Shown piece by piece: positions 30,921 through 40,196 of a DNA stretch of 40,246 nucleotides. Source of the DNA: a virus; the IMG/VR virus record IMGVR_UViG_3300048599_000191, positions 1 through 40,246 of that record; one strand, given 5' to 3'. Each line of letters begins with the position of its first letter. Position 1 is the stretch's first letter. The notes below the pieces were generated by a model. The model ran no database searches. It was not told where the DNA came from and saw only the letters and a program-made list of their open reading frames with translations. Position numbers and translations under genes: made by a program.

Positions 30921-31945
30921 TGTCAAAGAGCACGCCGACGGCGCCGGTAGCGCCCGATCCAAAGGCGACGGCGGAAGCACAGGGCCAGATGAATCAGAAC
31001 ACTGCGGTGACGCAGCAGCTTCTGAACATGACGGATCAGGTCACGCCGGACGGGACGCTGAAATATGAGCAGAGCGGCACAAGCACCTTCGTTGGCGCCG
31101 ACGGCAAAACCTACTCTGTTCCCAAGTTCACCGCCACCACGACGCTCTCGCCCGAGCAGCAGGCCCTCCTGGACCTTACCAACAAGACCAAAACCAATCT
31201 CGGCAACATCGGCGTCAATTCATCGGCGAAAATCGGTGACCTGCTCGGTACCACGCTCAACCTCGATTCAGCCACGGAAGACAAGCTCAACAAGCTCGGC
31301 GCGGCGCGTCTCGATCCGCAGTTCGCCCAAAATGAGGACGCTCTGCGCACGCGGCTCGCTAACCAGGGTATCCAACCAGGCTCCCAGGCCTGGAATGCCG
31401 AGATGGACAATTTCGCGCGGGGCAAGAACGACGCCTACAACCAGCTCTATCTTACTGGCCGCGCGCAGAGCGCGCAGGAAGCGCTCACCGAACGGAACCA
31501 GCCGATCAACGAGATCTCGGCTCTTTTGTCCGGATCGCAGGTGTCGAATCCGAACTTCACCACGACGCCTAGCACGGGCGTCGGCGGTGTCGATTACACC
31601 GGCATGGTCAACAACAACTACAATGCGGCCACCAGCCAGTACAACACAGCCATCGGCAACCAGAACGCGGCGATGGGCGGCATGTTCGGCCTTGCGGGCA
31701 CAGTCGGCAGCGCCGCGTTGAAATACGGACCCGGCCTGATGGCGATGTCCGACAGGCGCTTGAAATCGAACGTTGTTCGCGTCGGCACCACTGTGCTCGA
31801 ACTGCCGGCCTATGAGTACACGATCTTCGGCCGGCGCGAGCGTGGCGTGATGGCCGACGAGGTCGAACAGGTGATGCCCGAAGCCGTCGGGACGCATTGG
31901 ACCGGCTTCAAGATGGTCGATTATCACATGCTGGGAGCAGCCTGA
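30920..31945 (+). CDS. Fibre / needle-like protein with a C-terminal S74 intramolecular-chaperone domain (341 aa)
   Basis: The C-terminal SDRRLKSNVVRVG...LPAYEYTIFGRRERGVMADEVEQVMPEAV...MVDY matches the Peptidase_S74 autoprocessing domain. Confidence 0.7.
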   Translation: MSKSTPTAPVAPDPKATAEAQGQMNQNTAVTQQLLNMTDQVTPDGTLKYEQSGTSTFVGADGKTYSVPKFTATTTLSPEQQALLDLTNKTKTNLGNIGVNSSAKIGDLLGTTLNLDSATEDKLNKLGAARLDPQFAQNEDALRTRLANQGIQPGSQAWNAEMDNFARGKNDAYNQLYLTGRAQSAQEALTERNQPINEISALLSGSQVSNPNFTTTPSTGVGGVDYTGMVNNNYNAATSQYNTAIGNQNAAMGGMFGLAGTVGSAALKYGPGLMAMSDRRLKSNVVRVGTTVLELPAYEYTIFGRRERGVMADEVEQVMPEAVGTHWTGFKMVDYHMLGAA

Positions 31946-33942
31946 TGGCGATCGAGAGCACCACGCCTTTCGTTTGGGGCGACGGCGGCGGCCAGTTGAC
32001 GCCATCGCAGATTGCCGCGCGGCGAGCCGTGGCGGCTGCCATGATCAAGGAAGGATCGGATTACAGCCCGATCAAATCCGCCTGGCAGGGCGCCGCGCGG
32101 GTGGCGCAATCGCTGCTCGGCACCGCCGATGCCATGTCGGCCGACGCCGCGGAAGAACGCGGCCGTCGCCAAGCGATCGACGATTTCATGAAGATCTATC
32201 ACGGCGAGGGGGCGACACCCGCTGCAGCCTCAGCGCTGGCGGCTGGAGGTTCGGCGCCAGCCATGGTCGCGTCAGGCCTGCCCAAGCCCGGACCATCGGT
32301 TGGCAAGAGGGGCGATGACGGCGTGCTGGTGCTGGGCCCGGATGATCCGAGCCCGCTGGACCCGCCCACCGGTGCCGATCGGGATCTGATGATCCGCACC
32401 GTATATGGCGAGGCCGGAAACGAACCGCCGGAGGGCCAGCGGGCCGTCGCGGCCGTGATCCGGAACCGGGCGGTCGACGGCGGGTATGGCGGCCATTCGA
32501 TTCCGGGCGTCGCGCTGGCACGGAACCAGTTCGAGCCTTGGAATGGCGGGGAGGCGAAACGGCGCATGCTGGCACTTTCTCCGGACGATCCGCGCTATCA
32601 GGCAATCGGCAAGCAGGTGGACGCAGCCTATTTCGGCGCCAACGATCCGACCGAGGGTGCGACGCACTTCTATTCGCCGGTCAGTCAGGCCGCCCTGGGG
32701 CGCAAGCCGCCGTCCTGGGCGGGGGGAGAGTTTACCGAAATCGGTGGTCACCGGTTCTACTCCCCCGATGACGAGCCTGCCCAGGGGCCCGCCCGGGTCG
32801 CGTCGGCGCTTCCATTCGCCCCGGCCGCTACCACAACCCCTGCGGCGTTCCCCCAAAACCCTCCCAGCGCCGCGCCTGAGTCCGTGGCGGGCCCTTCCGT
32901 GCCGCCGTCCGGCGTGGGGATGGTCGCGCAGGCCTTCCCGCAGGCACAGGGGCGGCCACCGGCTCCGGCGCAGTCCGGAATCGACCAGGTCGCCCGGGTG
33001 CTGTCGAACCCCTTCCTACCGCCACAGATGGCCTCGGCGCTCACCAATCAGCTCAAGCCGAAGGAACAGCATGTCCAGGAGACCGATTCCGCCGGGAACA
33101 TCTGGGACGTCAACCGCGGAACTAACCAGCGGTCACTGCTGCTCAAGAAAGATCCGTCCTACGGCGAGCCCTACAAGGATGCCGACGGCAACCTGGTGCA
33201 GAAGGACGCCGCCGGCAAGATCACGGTGCTCTCCGGCGCCGAAAAAACGCCAACCAGCGTCGCTGAGTACGAATATTACCGGAAGAACTTCCAGGGCAGC
33301 GCCGAGCGGCCAAAGCCCATGGACTACGACACCTGGGCGACCGCGAAGGCGCGCGCGGCCGCGATCAACATCGGCAACGTCACCACCACTGCCGGCGGCG
33401 GCAGCGACAAACAGATCTTCGACGCTCTCGAGGACCGTACCAAGGAGGCGCGGGCGACGGCGAACGGCCTGATCGGCATCCGCAACGCGCGCAATGCGCT
33501 CCTGGGTGATGGCGGGGTCATCACCGGATCGGGGGCGGACTTCCGCTTGCAACTGCAGAAGGCGGCCTCCGCCATGGGTTACGGCGACGCGAGCAAGATC
33601 GTGAACACCGAAACCTTCCGCGCCGCGATCGCGCCGCAGGTAGCCGCCGTCCTGAAATCGACCGTCGGCAGTGCCAACATCTCGAACAGCGACCGTGAGT
33701 TCGCCGAGCGAGCCGCCGGCGGATCGATCACGCTCGACGAGAAGTCGATCGGGCGGCTGCTGGACATCATGGAGCGCGCCTCGATGGCGCGGCTGCAGGA
33801 TCATCAGGATCAGCTCGACGCCATTTATCCGGACGCAGAGAAGCACAAGCGCGAACGCGCGCTGTTCGGTGTGAAGGTGCCCACGTCAGCCGTGATGCCG
33901 GTGGGGAAGACCAGGAGCGGCATCGGATGGAGCGTTGAATAA
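31945..33942 (+). CDS. Virion-associated (ejection) protein with a SleB-type cell-wall hydrolase domain (665 aa)
   Basis: RTVYGEAGNEPPEGQRAVAAVIRNRAV...QFEPWN...ATHFYSP is the Hydrolase_2 signature. A Pro-rich linker precedes a long C-terminal region. Confidence 0.7.
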   Translation: MAIESTTPFVWGDGGGQLTPSQIAARRAVAAAMIKEGSDYSPIKSAWQGAARVAQSLLGTADAMSADAAEERGRRQAIDDFMKIYHGEGATPAAASALAAGGSAPAMVASGLPKPGPSVGKRGDDGVLVLGPDDPSPLDPPTGADRDLMIRTVYGEAGNEPPEGQRAVAAVIRNRAVDGGYGGHSIPGVALARNQFEPWNGGEAKRRMLALSPDDPRYQAIGKQVDAAYFGANDPTEGATHFYSPVSQAALGRKPPSWAGGEFTEIGGHRFYSPDDEPAQGPARVASALPFAPAATTTPAAFPQNPPSAAPESVAGPSVPPSGVGMVAQAFPQAQGRPPAPAQSGIDQVARVLSNPFLPPQMASALTNQLKPKEQHVQETDSAGNIWDVNRGTNQRSLLLKKDPSYGEPYKDADGNLVQKDAAGKITVLSGAEKTPTSVAEYEYYRKNFQGSAERPKPMDYDTWATAKARAAAINIGNVTTTAGGGSDKQIFDALEDRTKEARATANGLIGIRNARNALLGDGGVITGSGADFRLQLQKAASAMGYGDASKIVNTETFRAAIAPQVAAVLKSTVGSANISNSDREFAERAAGGSITLDEKSIGRLLDIMERASMARLQDHQDQLDAIYPDAEKHKRERALFGVKVPTSAVMPVGKTRSGIGWSVE

Positions 33943-36068
33943 TGCCCACCCTCGACATTGGCGGCCGCAAGATCAAGGTCGACGACGGCTTTCTGACGCT
34001 CACGCCTGAACAGCAGAACGCAACCGTCGAAGAGATCGCCAAGACGCTCGGCGCCACGCCGAAGCCTGATGCCGGCGCGCCGGCGGCCGCCGAGCAGCCG
34101 GCCGCACCTTCACCTGCATCGCCGGCGGGAGAAAAGGGCAAGAAGGGATGGCTCGAAACCGCAGACGACGTCGTGCGGGCGGCCGCCAACGGCATGACCT
34201 TCGGACTGGCGGACCGCTTTGCCTCCGCCGCGGGAGCGGTTACCGGAATCGGGGGCAAACAAGGCGACTACGCCGGGAACCTCGAGGCCGAGCGGAAGAA
34301 AACGGATATCTTCGGCGCGGAGCATCCCTATATTTCAACCACGGCAAATCTGACCGGTGGTGTGCTTGTCCCGTTGGGCGCGATCGGGGCTGCGTCGCGC
34401 GGAGCCACGCTTGGCGCCAAGACACTGCGGGCTGCAGGGGCTGGAGCTGGTCTCGGCGGCGCGCAGGGCGCTATTGAATCGCGTGACTGGACCGATCCAG
34501 GACAGGTCATCACGGATGCCGCGAAGGGGGCTGGCGTGGGCGCCGCCGTCGGTGCCGCGATCCCGGGCGCGGCGAAGGTGATCGGTGCGGGCGTCAACAA
34601 GGTGGCCGATGCTTTTCGTGGTCACGTCGAGGGCGTATCCCGCGGCGCCTCGGACCAGCTGGTCAAAGCGATGCGCGCTGACACCCCGGATGCCGTCCGC
34701 GCCCAGATCGATCGCCTCGGGCAAGACTCCATGTTGGTTGACGCTGGACCGGCTTTCCTCGGGAAGGGACAGGGCGCCAGTCTCAACAGCGACGAAGGAC
34801 GCTCGATCCTCACCAACGCGTTGACCGCCCGCAACACGGCCACCAACACGCGCATCCAGGACGATGTGAATCGTGCGCTCGGCAAGGCCGAAGATCCGCA
34901 GACAGTCAGCAGTGAAATAAAAGCACGTCGTTCCGAACTCGACAGCATCAACTATCCCAAGGCACTTGATGCCGCGCCGCAGGTAAAGACTGCGCCGATC
35001 ATGACGCAGCTGGAAGACATGATCCCGCAAGCCGTCGGCCTAGAGCAGAAAGCTCTGACCACGCTTAGGGATATGCTGACCCGCTACGAGAGGCGGCCGC
35101 GGCTCGACGCCGCGGGATATCCTCAATACGACTCTCGCGGCTTTCAGATCTGGGATAGCGTTCCGGTCAATCAGACGGATGCACGGGTTCTGCACAAGGT
35201 GAAACAGGAGCTCGATAACGTCATCGAGTACGATGCGCCAGGCCTGGGCGTGCCGGCTTCAGCGTTCCGGACCCAGCAGGCATCGTTAAAAGAGCTCCGC
35301 TACCGGCTGAACGAGGCGCTTGAAGAGCAGGTGTCGGGTTATGAGGCGGCGAACAGAGTATCAGCTGCGCTGGCCCGCCGTCAGGAGGCTGTGGAGCTCG
35401 GCACCAAATATCTCGGCGATGGCAAGACCACCGCATCGCCGGGCCGCTTTCAGACCGAGTTCGACAAGCTTGAGCCTGCTGCAAAGATCGATTTCGCCCG
35501 GGGCAGTCGCGGAGAGATCGAGCGCAAGCTCGGCACCAAGTCCAACGACCTGCAGGCGCTCCGCAGCGAGCTGCAGGGCGAGGGCGGCTGGAATACCGCT
35601 AAGATCGCGACGGTCCACGGCAACGAGGCCGCCGACGATCTGATGCGCAGCGTGGAGCGCAATCTCAAGTTCCGCGACACCTACAACAAGGTCGTGGAAA
35701 ACTCACAGACCGCGCAGCGCCAGGCGGCGGCCGCCGCCATGAAGCCATCAGCCGTGAAGGAAGGCGATATCGTCACGCCCGCGGGGAGTGCCGTCGGCAT
35801 GGTTCTCACCGCCATGAAAAGGGCTGGTGTCTGGGGCTACAACAAAGCGACCGAAGAGGCGCGCAATCGCGCGCGATCCGAGGTGGCCGAGATCCTGACG
35901 GCGCAGGGTGCGACCCGCGATAGGCACGTCCAGGCAATTATCGATGCGTTGGGAAAACGGGAGCGACATGCACCCGCGAGCGCCAAGACCGGCGACATGG
36001 CGGCAATTACTGCCGCGACGATCGCGAACGAGCTTCTACGTGATCATACCAGAAAGCGGCCGCAATAG
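33942..36068 (+). CDS. Large internal virion / ejection protein (708 aa) with Gly/Ala-rich hydrophobic segments
   Basis: TAATG overlap. Its size and position follow the hydrolase protein. No tail tube or sheath genes are present, so a tape-measure role is unlikely. Confidence 0.5.
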   Translation: MPTLDIGGRKIKVDDGFLTLTPEQQNATVEEIAKTLGATPKPDAGAPAAAEQPAAPSPASPAGEKGKKGWLETADDVVRAAANGMTFGLADRFASAAGAVTGIGGKQGDYAGNLEAERKKTDIFGAEHPYISTTANLTGGVLVPLGAIGAASRGATLGAKTLRAAGAGAGLGGAQGAIESRDWTDPGQVITDAAKGAGVGAAVGAAIPGAAKVIGAGVNKVADAFRGHVEGVSRGASDQLVKAMRADTPDAVRAQIDRLGQDSMLVDAGPAFLGKGQGASLNSDEGRSILTNALTARNTATNTRIQDDVNRALGKAEDPQTVSSEIKARRSELDSINYPKALDAAPQVKTAPIMTQLEDMIPQAVGLEQKALTTLRDMLTRYERRPRLDAAGYPQYDSRGFQIWDSVPVNQTDARVLHKVKQELDNVIEYDAPGLGVPASAFRTQQASLKELRYRLNEALEEQVSGYEAANRVSAALARRQEAVELGTKYLGDGKTTASPGRFQTEFDKLEPAAKIDFARGSRGEIERKLGTKSNDLQALRSELQGEGGWNTAKIATVHGNEAADDLMRSVERNLKFRDTYNKVVENSQTAQRQAAAAAMKPSAVKEGDIVTPAGSAVGMVLTAMKRAGVWGYNKATEEARNRARSEVAEILTAQGATRDRHVQAIIDALGKRERHAPASAKTGDMAAITAATIANELLRDHTRKRPQ

Positions 36069-36201
36069 CGGCGAGCGTGAAGGCGAGGCATATCGCCATT
36101 CCCGACCAAAAACCGAGCACATCGAACGCGCTCATGAGGACGTGTTTCAGCAAGAACACGAACCCGAGCAGGATGATTGTGCAAACGGCGAGCCTGATCA
36201 T
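36007..36201 (-). CDS. Antisense small two-TM membrane protein (64 aa); moron candidate
   Basis: GGAGAAGGG RBS 4 nt before the ATG. Two clear TM helices (AVCTIILLGFVFLL and GMAICLAFTLAAIAAAFW). Fills an otherwise empty 250-bp gap of lower GC. Confidence 0.55.
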   Translation of the reverse strand: MIRLAVCTIILLGFVFLLKHVLMSAFDVLGFWSGMAICLAFTLAAIAAAFWYDHVEARSRSSRQ

Positions 36202-36317
36202 CGGCCCTTCTCCAAGGTCGCAACGCGCGATTGAGAACGGACCGCGAACATAGCCCGATTCCGAGATCGTTTTCCAGCCCCGTTGTTCCGGGGAGCTTTT
36301 CTATTGGGAGAGGCTCA

Positions 36318-37262
36318 ATGCCATCAGACTCAAACGGCGTTTATTCCCTTCCGCCGGGCTACCAGGCGATCACCGGCGAAACCATCCAGGCCAGCCAGCA
36401 CAATCCGCCACTCGAGGATCTTGCCACCGCGCAAACCGCGCGCCTGATGCGCTCGGGAGCAGCCCCCATGACGGGACCGCTCAAGCTCACTGATGGGGAC
36501 GCCGGCGCGCCCAGTCTCACTTTCAACACTGGCGTGACGGCGGGACTCTTCAAGACCGCGAGCGGCATTGGCGTCGCCGTCAACGGTACGATGGTGGCCG
36601 AAATCACTGGCAACGGCATCAAGAAGGGTGGCCGATTTATCGGCGAGTTGATCCCGTTCTCAGGCGCCGCCGCGCAACCTTATACGGTCTTTCCCTACGG
36701 CCAAACCTTGCTGCGCGCCGATTATCCTGATCTGTGGGGGTTTGCGCAGGCAGAAATCGCCGCCGGCAGCCAGATGTACAATAACGGCAACGGCACAACG
36801 ACATTCGGCATTCTCGATGCCCGTGGCCGGGTGCTCGCAGCCCGGGACAACATGGGCGGGGTGGCCGCTGGCAGGCTTACCGGTGCTACGGTCGCGCCGA
36901 ACGGCAACACTCTCGGCGGGACGGGGGGCACTCAGACCCATACTCTCGGGACCGACCAACTGCCGGTGCATGACCATCCAGTTTATCTTTATGACGGAAC
37001 GCATCGGCACGCGGACAATTCAAATCCGTTTAAGAACGGCAGCTACGCTATTGGTGGCGGCGGCCCACCTGCAGCATACTCGAACAACGCAGGAAGTCAG
37101 CTGAGCTGGAACACGGACTTTGCCACGTCAAATGTGTCGATCTGGTCTGGGACGGGCGGCACAGGAACCCAGAATAGCACTGCAACAACGGGCTCCGGAA
37201 CGGCGCACAATAACGTGCAGCCCACCCTGGTGTGCAACTATCTGCTGTTCGCAGGAGTCTGA
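36318..37262 (+). CDS. Tail fibre with a phage tail-collar domain (314 aa)
   Basis: IGELIPFSGAAAQPYTVFPYGQTLLRADYPDLW...TFGILDARGRVLAARDNMGG...GGTQTHTLGTDQLPVHDHP is the Collar-domain pattern. Confidence 0.8.
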   Translation: MPSDSNGVYSLPPGYQAITGETIQASQHNPPLEDLATAQTARLMRSGAAPMTGPLKLTDGDAGAPSLTFNTGVTAGLFKTASGIGVAVNGTMVAEITGNGIKKGGRFIGELIPFSGAAAQPYTVFPYGQTLLRADYPDLWGFAQAEIAAGSQMYNNGNGTTTFGILDARGRVLAARDNMGGVAAGRLTGATVAPNGNTLGGTGGTQTHTLGTDQLPVHDHPVYLYDGTHRHADNSNPFKNGSYAIGGGGPPAAYSNNAGSQLSWNTDFATSNVSIWSGTGGTGTQNSTATTGSGTAHNNVQPTLVCNYLLFAGV

Positions 37263-37936
37263 GCCAAGCGCAGTGTCGCGATCGCTTCCTTACGAAACGC
37301 GGCAAAATCTCTCTCGACTTCGCCCGGCTCGATTAGCAACCGTTCCGAAACATCAAATGCCCCCTCCCAAAAGAAGCCGATCGACGATTCTTCGGGTGAG
37401 AGATCGCGCCCTATGTCAGCCCGCGTGATGATCGAGGACCGAAGAAAAACAGCCGAGTGTTTCATCGTAAACGAGAGACCAGTTTCCGTCCGGTCAACCA
37501 GCCATCGATGATGCCCGTATCCCACACGAACTGGGCGGCCGAGTAGGCGTCGCCAGAAGTAGCCGCGCTTGTGGTGAAAAACCTCGCGAATACGAGAGGG
37601 TACTTCGAGATAGCCAGCTTTGGCGACGCGCATCATTTCATAGCAGGCGCCAACGGGATCGCGAACGTCTTCCATCGTTCCGGCGCTGAATGCGAAATCG
37701 AAAAATTTGTCGGGAAATGGCCATGGCCTCGCGCAGATATCGATCTGCGCGAAATTGTCCTCGCTATAGCGCGGCGGCTCTTGTGCATCGAGCGGCCCGC
37801 GCATCGATGAATAGGGCATCACGTCCACAATATGCGTGGCGGTGTTGAGCGGACCGAATACCCCGCCGATGTCCAGCACGCGCGGCAAGTGTCGCGTCCG
37901 TTCGAATATCGTCGGCAGATTCGATCGAAGAAACAT
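37238..37936 (-). CDS. Class I SAM-dependent methyltransferase (232 aa), antisense moron
   Basis: VLDIGG (motif I) and FDFAFSAGTMEDVRDPVGACYEMMRVAKAGYLEVP (Methyltransf_11-like). Lower GC. Its 3' end overlaps the fibre gene 3' end by 25 bp. Confidence 0.65.
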   Translation of the reverse strand: MFLRSNLPTIFERTRHLPRVLDIGGVFGPLNTATHIVDVMPYSSMRGPLDAQEPPRYSEDNFAQIDICARPWPFPDKFFDFAFSAGTMEDVRDPVGACYEMMRVAKAGYLEVPSRIREVFHHKRGYFWRRLLGRPVRVGYGHHRWLVDRTETGLSFTMKHSAVFLRSSIITRADIGRDLSPEESSIGFFWEGAFDVSERLLIEPGEVERDFAAFRKEAIATLRLAQTPANSR

Positions 37937-38020
37937 CCAGTGCCCCCGAGAACGGGAATTCTAACACGCTGGAATCTCCCGAACCAAGACCGGCACCCAC
38001 CCCACACACAGGACTTCACC

Positions 38021-38944
38021 ATGGCCGCAGGCAATTTTGCGGAATCGCTCCGCCGTGTCGGTATCAGCGAGGGCGGATTCTCCAACGATCCGGACGATCC
38101 GGGGGGCGTGACGCTGAACGGCATCACGCAGCGCGTCTACGACGCCGATCGGCGCCGGCGGGGGCTGGCGCTCAAGTCACTGACGCCGGAGATGAACGGT
38201 AACCGAGGGTGGATCGCCGAGCGGGACCAGATCTATCGTTTCCAGTTCTGGGATACCGTCCGCGGCGACGAACTGCCCGCCGGCGTCGATTACGTCGTGT
38301 TCGATGGCGGCGTAAATTCCGGCCCGGTGCAGTCGGTGAAATGGCTGCAGCGTGCGCTGGCCAGCGACGGCCTCTACCACGGGGCGATCGACGGCCACAT
38401 CGGCAGGGGGACGCTCGATGCGCTTGAGCACTGCCCGGACTACGATCGCCTCGTTGCGCTGATCTGCCAATACCGCCTCGCCTTCATGAGGACGCTCAAG
38501 ACCTGGTGGAAGTATGGCGACGGGTGGAAGAAGCGGGTGGCGCGGGTGCTGGAGGTCGGTCAGGCCTGGGCAAGCGGATCCGTGGGGCCAGAACCCGCTC
38601 CGACCAGGAACGGCTATCAGAAGGCCCGGATCGCCGACGCCAGGAAGCCCCCGAGCGCGGCCGTCGGCGACTTGGCCACGGGCACCGGTATGGCGTCAGG
38701 CACCGGAGCCGGTGCCATCCAGGCCGCGTCGAGCGCAAGCGGCGTGAAAGACACGCTGCAGCAGGCGCAGGACGCACTCACGCCGCTCTCGTCCTCAAAC
38801 TCCATCGTTTCCAACATCGTGCTTGTGCTCGTCATTATCGGCGCGGTGCTGACGATCGGCGGCCTGGCCTGGCGGTTTTACGCCAACTACAGGCGGGCCA
38901 AGATGGTGGAGGCGCTCGACCTGGGCGTTGCGGTGCCGATATGA
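38021..38944 (+). CDS. GH108 + PG_binding_3 endolysin with a C-terminal transmembrane anchor (307 aa)
   Basis: ISEGGFSNDPDDPGGVTLNGITQ (GH108 motif), a PG-binding region, then IVSNIVLVLVIIGAVLTIGGLAW near the C-terminus. Confidence 0.8.
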   Translation: MAAGNFAESLRRVGISEGGFSNDPDDPGGVTLNGITQRVYDADRRRRGLALKSLTPEMNGNRGWIAERDQIYRFQFWDTVRGDELPAGVDYVVFDGGVNSGPVQSVKWLQRALASDGLYHGAIDGHIGRGTLDALEHCPDYDRLVALICQYRLAFMRTLKTWWKYGDGWKKRVARVLEVGQAWASGSVGPEPAPTRNGYQKARIADARKPPSAAVGDLATGTGMASGTGAGAIQAASSASGVKDTLQQAQDALTPLSSSNSIVSNIVLVLVIIGAVLTIGGLAWRFYANYRRAKMVEALDLGVAVPI

Positions 38945-39393
38945 GCGCGTGGCTCGGCTGGGCGATCGCCACAATCGGATTTGCCGGCGTCGTGACGTTC
39001 TGCGTCGCGGCGCCCGTCGCTGCGGCCGTTGCGGGCAGGGCGATCGTTGCCGCGCTGATCGCCCTGCTGCGGACCCGCACCGGTTGCGCATTGCTCGCGG
39101 CCGTCGTGGTTTTCCTCGCGACGTGGATCTGGCGCGACGGGGCGCTGAATGCCCGCTGGGACGCCAAATGGCACGCCGCTGTGCTGGAGTCCCAGGCCGC
39201 AGCCAAGCAGCGCGATGTCGATATCGCCGCCGCGCTCGAGCGCAAATACGGGCCGAAGCTGGCCGAGCTCGACACGCTCCGAAACTCCCTCAACCGCTCG
39301 AAAGACGATCATGCAAAACAAAAGCCGGTTTCGGCTCGCGGCGGTTGCCGCCTCGGCCCTGATGCTTTGCGGATGCGCAACCATGCAAAGTGA
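38941..39393 (+). CDS. Membrane protein with a coiled coil: i-spanin-like (or holin) (150 aa)
   Basis: ATGA overlap with the lysin. N-terminal TM segments, then WDAKWHAAVLESQAAAKQRDVDIAAALERKYGPKLAELDTLRNSL. Confidence 0.6.
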   Translation: MSAWLGWAIATIGFAGVVTFCVAAPVAAAVAGRAIVAALIALLRTRTGCALLAAVVVFLATWIWRDGALNARWDAKWHAAVLESQAAAKQRDVDIAAALERKYGPKLAELDTLRNSLNRSKDDHAKQKPVSARGGCRLGPDALRMRNHAK

Positions 39394-39598
39394 GCTTCCA
39401 TCGGCGCTGCAGGTCGACAAGCCATCGATCTGCCGGGAATTTATCGCCGAGGTTCACATGCCGCCGGTCGATGCCAGGACCGACGCCATTGAGGCGTTTC
39501 TGGCGGACGAGGCCGCGCTGATCGAAGCCAACGCACGGCTCCGCGCCGCGGGCGCATGCCTCGATGATGAAACCAAGCTCTATGCCGGAGGGAATTAA
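39311..39598 (+). CDS. o-spanin-like lipoprotein (95 aa) overlapping the i-spanin 3' end
   Basis: Signal plus lipobox: RFRLAAVAASALMLCGC. Begins out of frame inside the preceding gene (overlapped spanin architecture). Confidence 0.65.
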   Translation: MQNKSRFRLAAVAASALMLCGCATMQSELPSALQVDKPSICREFIAEVHMPPVDARTDAIEAFLADEAALIEANARLRAAGACLDDETKLYAGGN

Positions 39599-39599
39599 A

Positions 39600-39842
39600 A
39601 TGGCCACGCGCGCGCGCCTGCACATGATTCCGGTCGATCGGCTCGCGGCCCTCGAAAACGATCGTCAGACGATCGGCGAGCGGCTCACCAGGATCGAAAC
39701 CAAGGTCGACCAGATCTACGACCTGCTGGTGCAGGCGAAGGGGATCGTGTGGCTGGGAACCAAAATTGTCGGCGGCATCACGGCGATCGCGGCGGTGACC
39801 GGCGCAACGGTCGCCGTCTTGCGCTACATCAACGGCATGTAG
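39600..39842 (+). CDS. Small protein with a C-terminal TM helix (80 aa); holin/antiholin candidate
   Basis: GGAGGGA RBS. An N-terminal coiled region is followed by GIVWLGTKIVGGITAIAAVTGATVAVL. Confidence 0.5.
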   Translation: MATRARLHMIPVDRLAALENDRQTIGERLTRIETKVDQIYDLLVQAKGIVWLGTKIVGGITAIAAVTGATVAVLRYINGM

Positions 39843-39871
39843 CGCCATAACGCATGGGCCGGGCAATCGAG

Positions 39872-39906
39872 CCCGCCGCGAGCTTGATTGCTCGCGGCGG
39901 GTTTTT
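39872..39906 (+). terminator. Rho-independent terminator CCCGCCGCGAGC-ttgatt-GCTCGCGGCGGG + TTTTT ending the late operon
   Basis: 12-bp perfect stem, 6-nt loop and a five-T run. Lies between convergent genes. Confidence 0.85.
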
Positions 39907-39926
39907 CCGTGTCGACGGAAGCCGGG

Positions 39927-40196
39927 CTATCGGCCGGAGAGCTTTTCGCGAAGCGCGAAACCCATCAGAGGCCACGCCTGGCGAACGGCGTCCTCATAGG
40001 CGAAGGTGCGGCCGAGTTCCGGATTGAAGTTCTCCGGAGACGCGGGCGCGGATTTGCCAACGATCACGAAGCCGTTTCTCATGACCACGATGCAGATGGT
40101 CAGCAGGCCCAGCGCGGGATTGGCGCCGGGAGCACCGATGGCATGATCGGCGCGAATGAAGTGTTTCTCCGCAATCGCGCTTTCAATGTCGGACAA
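39927..40196 (-). CDS. N4 Gp49 / Sf6 gp66-family protein (89 aa), TTG start inside the terminal repeat
   Basis: GKSAPASPENFNPELGRTFAYEDAVRQAWPLMGFALREKL is the family signature. Last gene of the leftward operon across the circle junction. Confidence 0.75.
   Translation of the reverse strand: MSDIESAIAEKHFIRADHAIGAPGANPALGLLTICIVVMRNGFVIVGKSAPASPENFNPELGRTFAYEDAVRQAWPLMGFALREKLSGR

Noticed and set aside
33942-36068. Tape-measure protein of a long-tailed phage
   Set aside because: I recognise no tail tube, sheath, tail-terminator or chaperone-frameshift genes in the window. The gene order fits the internal/ejection proteins of a short-tailed phage.
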